22,028 bases of DNA from Fibrobacteria bacterium (lineage in GTDB: Bacteria; Fibrobacterota; Fibrobacteria; UBA11236), in assembly GCA_043745805.1 (NCBI GenBank), contig JAYTSD010000022.1:1-22028 (forward strand), read 5' to 3'. Under the pieces are notes generated by a model. That model saw only the letters and a program-made list of their open reading frames with translations. It made no database searches and had not been told where the DNA came from. Shown here in pieces: positions 17,753 to 22,028 of this stretch; positions within the stretch are counted from its first letter, which is position 1; each line of letters begins with the position of its first letter. Both the position numbers and the translations under genes were made by a program.

Positions 17753-19096
17753 TTAGTCCAATACAGCTATCAATTCAAGTTTAGTAGAAGGCATATCCGA
17801 AGGCAAATGAATAGCCAAGGCTTTACCCTGCCTCACCTGATCCCAAAGTTCACCTGCTTGTTGTAAACGGAAATATTTATAACCTGCTTTAGCCGGAATG
17901 GATGAAGGTGGATTCGCCTCTGGAACCAAAGGTATGCCTGGTAAAGCCGAATTGACAATCGCTTCGAGGCGACCCACGGGGCCGACCTTAGATTTACGCT
18001 GGACATGCGTGAGTATATCCACTTCTGAAGCTTGCGCGGTCACACCCAAATAGAATTGGCCAATATGAGCAAAGTCCGCTTCACGTAGATTTGCCAAGTA
18101 TTGAATAGGACTGGTTTTTGTCAAGGCAAAAATACGGTAACCTGTAGGTACCGTAGCTCCCAAGAGACTTTCAATCAATTGAAATAAAGGCAAAAAACTT
18201 TGTTGTAAATCGCCATGGCGATAGGCGGGCAAATTGTCTAATTTGGTTTCCGAACCAAAGCTGAGTAAAGAACCCGCAAAACCGACAAGCTTTTGAAATA
18301 AGGCTTCGGGATGTGCATGCGGATGATTGTAATTATGTAATAAACCTGGCGCAGCGGTTTGAATAGCCGACAACAACAAATAACTAGTTAAAGTTTCCGC
18401 CGTAAATTGCGCAATGCCTGTGGCCTTTTGCGCACGTTGGCTCATTAGATAATTGCTTTTTTGTACACAAGATTCAGCTAATTTTTTATAACGAGTCATT
18501 AATGAAGTGCTTGCTCCAATTTGTAATAAAGGCGGAATATAATTCTCTTCGAGAATAATTTTGCCTTGCGCATCACGCGTTAATTCCGCAATTTTCAAAG
18601 TTTGAAAACCCGCTATGGACTCTCCTTCAAACAAAAGGCTCAAAGCCATACGACCAAAAACCAAAGGCTTTGCATTAAGGCCTGTATTCAAATCCAAAAC
18701 TTCACGGCGGCTTTCTTGATAGCGCGCCGTTTTACTGCCTTTATTCTCAAATGCGAAATTGGGATTATTTTGGCCCACCGAAGGCGCCGCCACATAAACA
18801 CCCAAACGTTCTTTAGCAGCAGGGAAAGCCTCTTCAAATGGCCGTGCATCGAGCCAAGTATCGCGCAAGGGAAATGCGAAATAGGAACCATCAGGCAAAA
18901 TACCAGTACATTGTTTGGCTGAAAAATATCCGCGCGCCAAAGCTTCTTTATCGATTTCCAAGGCCGCCAGCCCAAAGTTAAAGGGCGACAAGGCATTCAG
19001 CTTGTCATTTAAAACTAAGTCCTGTAGCCAATCGGCTTGTTGAAAATGATGGGGAGATAAGGCCATGCCCTCGGACCAAATTATTTTTTCACTCAT
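17753..19096 (-). CDS. tssK: T6SS baseplate subunit TssK (VasE)
   Basis: KIIWSEGMALSPHHFQQ, GILPDG, YIPPLL, HPEALF..L..FAGSL, YRHGDL, ALPGIPL…PP..IP…G..YF and LELIAV. Confidence 0.96.
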   Translation of the reverse strand: MSEKIIWSEGMALSPHHFQQADWLQDLVLNDKLNALSPFNFGLAALEIDKEALARGYFSAKQCTGILPDGSYFAFPLRDTWLDARPFEEAFPAAKERLGVYVAAPSVGQNNPNFAFENKGSKTARYQESRREVLDLNTGLNAKPLVFGRMALSLLFEGESIAGFQTLKIAELTRDAQGKIILEENYIPPLLQIGASTSLMTRYKKLAESCVQKSNYLMSQRAQKATGIAQFTAETLTSYLLLSAIQTAAPGLLHNYNHPHAHPEALFQKLVGFAGSLLSFGSETKLDNLPAYRHGDLQQSFLPLFQLIESLLGATVPTGYRIFALTKTSPIQYLANLREADFAHIGQFYLGVTAQASEVDILTHVQRKSKVGPVGRLEAIVNSALPGIPLVPEANPPSSIPAKAGYKYFRLQQAGELWDQVRQGKALAIHLPSDMPSTKLELIAVLD

Positions 19097-19268
19097 ATTT
19101 TATCCGGCATTAAATGTGAAACAGTTTGCAAATTTAGCTTAATATCTAAATTACAGAAGCAAAATCTATATTACTGGTTAATCCAATTTTCGGTGTATTT
19201 TCGTCCGGTAAAAATCCAAAGGCGATCCACCGAGCAAACGGCAAAAAATTAGGAAAAGGGAGCCTGAA

Positions 19269-20591
19269 GTGAAGCTGCAAAAAATGATATTGAATAAAAA
19301 TTATCTATTCCTTTTTCTCGCTATAGGTTTATTCGGCAAAGGCCTATGCCTAGCTGCCGACGGGCAATTAAGCCTCGAAACCACCCCATCCGGTGCGGAA
19401 ATTTGGTATGCAAAAAGCGGCAGCGCCGATAAAAAATACTTAGGTGACTCGCCCTTATTGCATCGCAATCTCCCCACAGGGAAATACGATCTTTTACTCA
19501 TCAGCGCCGATCATGACTCCCTTTTGGTAGACGATGTGGAAATTTTGCCCGGGCAACAAACGGAAATACGCAGGGAAATGAACTCCCGCTATGGTACTTT
19601 GGAATTGCAGTCTTGGCCGGATAGTTTAACGATTTGGTTGGATGGCACCAATATTGGCCAAACACCCTACACACATACCTTGATGTTACCTGGCACCTAT
19701 GCTTTAAAACTTTCCTCTCCCCGTCCTTTATTCAAACCCAGCATTTCCTCAGTGACCATGGGCAAAGGAGATACTATACATTTGAAAAAAAGATTGGCTT
19801 ATCGGGATAAAAACTTCTTAAAAGAAAATTTGGGCATATTGCCTTGGCATTTGCAATTAGAAGGAGGCTTAAAGTATAGCAGCATTTCGGGTGCCTATGA
19901 CACGGCTGGTAAAGTTTCCAACTTTGCCACCAGTGATAAGTTAACGCAATGGGATTATCCCGTTACGCTTCGTTTGGGCTTACCTTATGATATAGAAACA
20001 CATTTATTGGTACCGTTTAATTCGTTTGCAGCCAAAGATTCCGCGGCTCCGCATTATAGAGATTTAAAAATCGGTGCTAAATACACTTTGCGCGAATATA
20101 ATGTAGGCTTTGACGCGAGTTATAGTTTCGGTTTAGGCGATACATCGTCTACCAAAAAAACTAGCGGCCATAATGCTTTATCCCTTTCGCTAATAGCTTT
20201 AGCGAACAAGGATAAAATTATGGGCTTTGCCAATGCAGGCTATACTTTTAATTTCAATGACAAACTGAAAACCAAACTCGACCCAGGTGATGAAATTTTT
20301 CTTTATGCTCAGGTCGGTTATCTATTAGACTCTTTTATGCCTTATCTGGGAATTAATGGAAATTATGATCTTGTCAGTTCCTTTGATGGGAAATCCGGAA
20401 ATGATGCGAGTTATGTTGTCACACCTGAAGTCGGTTTCACCTTAGATTTTCCCAGCTATACTTCAGTGCAACTAGGAATTCCATTTACAGTAATTGGAAA
20501 ATCAGGGTCTAATGAATCAGGTATTGGAAAAAGAGTATCAAATGAATGGGGTATGCATTTTTCCTTAAGCGTTAATTTTGGAATTGATTAA
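19269..20591 (+). CDS. Outer-membrane protein: signal peptide + two PEGA domains + C-terminal beta-barrel (Phenol_MetA_deg-like by pattern)
   Basis: GTG start after GGAG (ATG 19284 is an alternative). Signal peptide ending …GLCLA. PEGA repeats GQLSLETTPSGAEIW…YLGDSPL…LPTGKYDL and YGTLELQSWPDSLTIWLDG.NIGQTP…PGTYAL. Amphipathic beta-strands (LRLGLPYDIETHLLVPF, DLKIGAKY, FANAGYTF, LYAQVGY) ending in MHFSLSVNFGID. Confidence 0.75.
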   Translation: MKLQKMILNKNYLFLFLAIGLFGKGLCLAADGQLSLETTPSGAEIWYAKSGSADKKYLGDSPLLHRNLPTGKYDLLLISADHDSLLVDDVEILPGQQTEIRREMNSRYGTLELQSWPDSLTIWLDGTNIGQTPYTHTLMLPGTYALKLSSPRPLFKPSISSVTMGKGDTIHLKKRLAYRDKNFLKENLGILPWHLQLEGGLKYSSISGAYDTAGKVSNFATSDKLTQWDYPVTLRLGLPYDIETHLLVPFNSFAAKDSAAPHYRDLKIGAKYTLREYNVGFDASYSFGLGDTSSTKKTSGHNALSLSLIALANKDKIMGFANAGYTFNFNDKLKTKLDPGDEIFLYAQVGYLLDSFMPYLGINGNYDLVSSFDGKSGNDASYVVTPEVGFTLDFPSYTSVQLGIPFTVIGKSGSNESGIGKRVSNEWGMHFSLSVNFGID

Positions 20592-20768
20592 AGCTTAGTT
20601 CTAGCGCAACCGCAAATAGCGCCTTGCAGAACGTTTCCCTTTGTCCCAGCCAGATTAGGCTGCCCCCGCCTAATCATGGATTGAATAATGCCCCGCTCGA
20701 TCTGTCCTTACATCCAGGATTGTCTTTTTTTGTTTGGCTTAAAAAAATGACCTAGCGTGAGTTTCAAA

Positions 20769-20797
20769 TTGACAATATGAATACAAATGAATACAAT
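20769..20797 (+). promoter_or_regulatory. Sigma70 promoter of the TA operon with overlapping tandem operator
   Basis: TTGACA (20769-20774), 17 nt, then TACAAT (20792-20797). A perfect tandem repeat ATGAATACAA x2 (20777-20796) fills the spacer and the -10 box. Confidence 0.85.
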
Positions 20798-20829
20798 GTA
20801 GTGAAATAGTCATTGAAAGGAATTGAACC

Positions 20830-21072
20830 ATGGTTACGAAAACAGTTACAATGCGATTACCGTTAAACTTGTACAATCAAATCTCCACTTTGGCGAAAGA
20901 AGATAATAGGCCCATTTCAAATTTTCTCGAAACTATAGCCCTGCGTTATATGGAACAGTCGTCCCTCATGGATGAATTCGAAATAAAAGAGATTAGAGAA
21001 AATAAACAACTGACGGATAGAATTAAAAAAGGTCATGAAAGTGCTAAAAAGGGCCGAGGCCGTTTTGTCTGA
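20830..21072 (+). CDS. Ribbon-helix-helix (CopG-like) antitoxin
   Basis: KTVTMRLP…Y..I..LA..DNRPISNF is an RHH pattern. Small protein with C-terminal …AKKGRGRFV, overlapping the downstream toxin gene. Confidence 0.85.
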   Translation: MVTKTVTMRLPLNLYNQISTLAKEDNRPISNFLETIALRYMEQSSLMDEFEIKEIRENKQLTDRIKKGHESAKKGRGRFV

Positions 21073-21346
21073 AGGTTATAAAGTTTTTGAGACGGATATT
21101 ATTCTTGAAGACCTAGAAGATTTTCCAAAATCAATCCTCGAAAGATTGAAACTTAAAATTAAAAATCAGGTATACCCTACTCTGAAACAGCAGCCTTATT
21201 TTGGGAAAAACATTAAAAAATTAGTGAATTATGATCCAGAAACGTGGCGATATAGAATTGGTGATTTTAGATTATTTTACGTGATTGATGAGAAACGCAA
21301 AGTCATATCTATGCTAACTATTTCGGCAAGAAAAGATGCTTATTGA
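21065..21346 (+). CDS. relE: RelE/ParE-family type II toxin (about 93 aa)
   Basis: IKKL…WRYRIGDFRLFYVID…I..RKDAY, a RelE-type motif. Likely start is TTG 21065 (TTGTCTGA overlap with the antitoxin stop, GAGG upstream) rather than ATG 21035. Confidence 0.88.
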   Translation: MSEGYKVFETDIILEDLEDFPKSILERLKLKIKNQVYPTLKQQPYFGKNIKKLVNYDPETWRYRIGDFRLFYVIDEKRKVISMLTISARKDAY

Positions 21347-21579
21347 GATTGCATTGTAGGAGCATAACCCACACCGCAAAATCCGGTCTATCGTCCCCAG
21401 CCGCATTGGAGGCAGGACGGCTTACCTAATGTATTTTTGAAAACCTGCGCGTAGCAACATATAATTGCCGATATCATCGAAAAATATGGATTTACTTATA
21501 TGTTACCCTCAATTAAACTTATTATGTTATGACGGGAGGGGTTCTCCAATATACAGTCTTATCGTGGGAATCAGCCGAA

Positions 21580-21828
21580 TTAGCACTGTTTTGCGGACCA
21601 GTTTAATTCGGTTCGGTGTATTATATTATTTCGGACGGGAACAACTCGGTGTATGATAAGAAATTGGCCGGGGACAACTTCATGGTCTCGTTGATCGCCG
21701 ATGTACCTAAGCTGGCACCGATAGTCTGATCGAAATGGACCCGAATGACCACCTTCTACAGCTAAGTTGAAACGAACCTTGCATAGGGGAACAAATGAAA
21801 AAGCCGGCTTACTAAAATCAGGTTGCAT
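21580..21828 (-). pseudogene. Stand-alone EF-Tu domain III-like small protein, probably degenerate or truncated
   Basis: AGAGGT RBS before ATG 21828. VRF..VEGGHSGPFRSDYRCQLRY aligns by eye with EF-Tu EGGRHTPFFKGYRPQFYF. The similarity is lost after about residue 50. Confidence 0.4.
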
Positions 21829-21908
21829 TGTTTTACCTCTTTATTCTGGGATAGGCATGTAGTTCCAAATCTTCGCGGGCGAGAGTCCTGGCAAATATGA
21901 ATTTGGTA

Positions 21909-22028
21909 GCATAACTCTGCTACAGGCAGACCATTTTCTGCCTGCTTCAATATCGCCATTATTTGGCCATCGGTGAATCGTGATTTTTTCATAAGAACTT
22001 CCTTCATTCTATAAATGGAAATTCTACT
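21909..22028 (-). mobile_element. IS3-family (IS407-like) left-end remnant with truncated orfA transposase
   Basis: From ATG 21992, MKKSRFTDGQIMAILKQAENGLPVAELC is the typical IS3-family OrfA N-terminus. Similarity stops after 28 codons (21909), where REHG would be expected. The terminal inverted repeat would lie beyond the window end. Confidence 0.85.

Noticed and set aside
5636-19096. Alternative reading as prophage tail, eCIS or T6SS-iii
   Set aside because: The presence of TssK, TssL, TssM, TssA and split TssB/TssC sheath subunits identifies a membrane-anchored T6SS-i.
19120-19165. TAAATTTG on the minus strand upstream of tssK, resembling the Bacteroidota -7 promoter box
   Set aside because: Spacing to the upstream TTTG is about 23 nt, which is long, and other promoters here look like standard sigma70. 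Not supportable.
898-19501. Many 60-112 aa ORFs antisense to or out of frame within assigned genes (e.g. 2248-2526, 11078-11416, 14536-14862, 16587-16925, 18602-18922)
   Set aside because: Shadow ORFs overlapping well-supported genes, with no motifs of their own.
20653-20675. Hairpin GATTAGGC-N7-GCCTAATC downstream of the PEGA-barrel gene
   Set aside because: No adjacent U-tract on either strand, so it cannot be called a terminator.
20619-21415. Weak similarity of sequences flanking the TA module (ACCGCAAA…GTCCC(C)AGCC at about 20620-20651 and about 21373-21402)
   Set aside because: Matches are short with different spacing, which is insufficient for att sites or target duplications.
21465-21656. 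63-aa plus-strand ORF
   Set aside because: No RBS or motif, and it lies in decayed intergenic DNA.
21906-21944. Two small adjacent hairpins at the IS3 orfA truncation point
   Set aside because: Stems of 6-8 bp mostly inside transposase coding sequence. Probably incidental.
1-22028. CRISPR array, tRNA or rRNA genes
   Set aside because: No regularly spaced repeats or recognisable structural RNA sequences in any intergenic region.

Overview
AT-rich bacterial window, about 40% GC by eye. The host is possibly Fibrobacterota/FCB-like, inferred only weakly from a secreted protein with a basic C-terminal tail. The window is dominated by a 13.5 kb minus-strand type VI secretion system operon (tssK-tssL-tssM-tssA-tssB-tssC-hcp-tssE-tssF-tssG). 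It is of the proteobacterial T6SS-i kind, and its sheath, Hcp and TssE sequences resemble subtype i2 (EAEC Sci-1-like). The operon is bounded on both sides and has no tssJ, clpV/tssH, vgrG, PAAR, fha or effector genes. Where tssJ would normally precede tssK there is a divergently transcribed gene for a signal-peptide + 2xPEGA + beta-barrel outer-membrane protein. TssL carries an N-terminal extension with repeated QT(M/L)FG motifs. Left of the T6SS lie an HTH + nucleotidyltransferase pair (AbiE/type IV TA-like), gmk with a coupled small membrane protein gene, larE, a secreted DUF1080 protein and a PAS-AraC regulator. To the right lie an RHH/RelE type II TA module with a near-consensus promoter and tandem operator, a degenerate EF-Tu domain III-like ORF, and a truncated IS3-family orfA at the window edge. 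No rRNA, tRNA or CRISPR array was seen.
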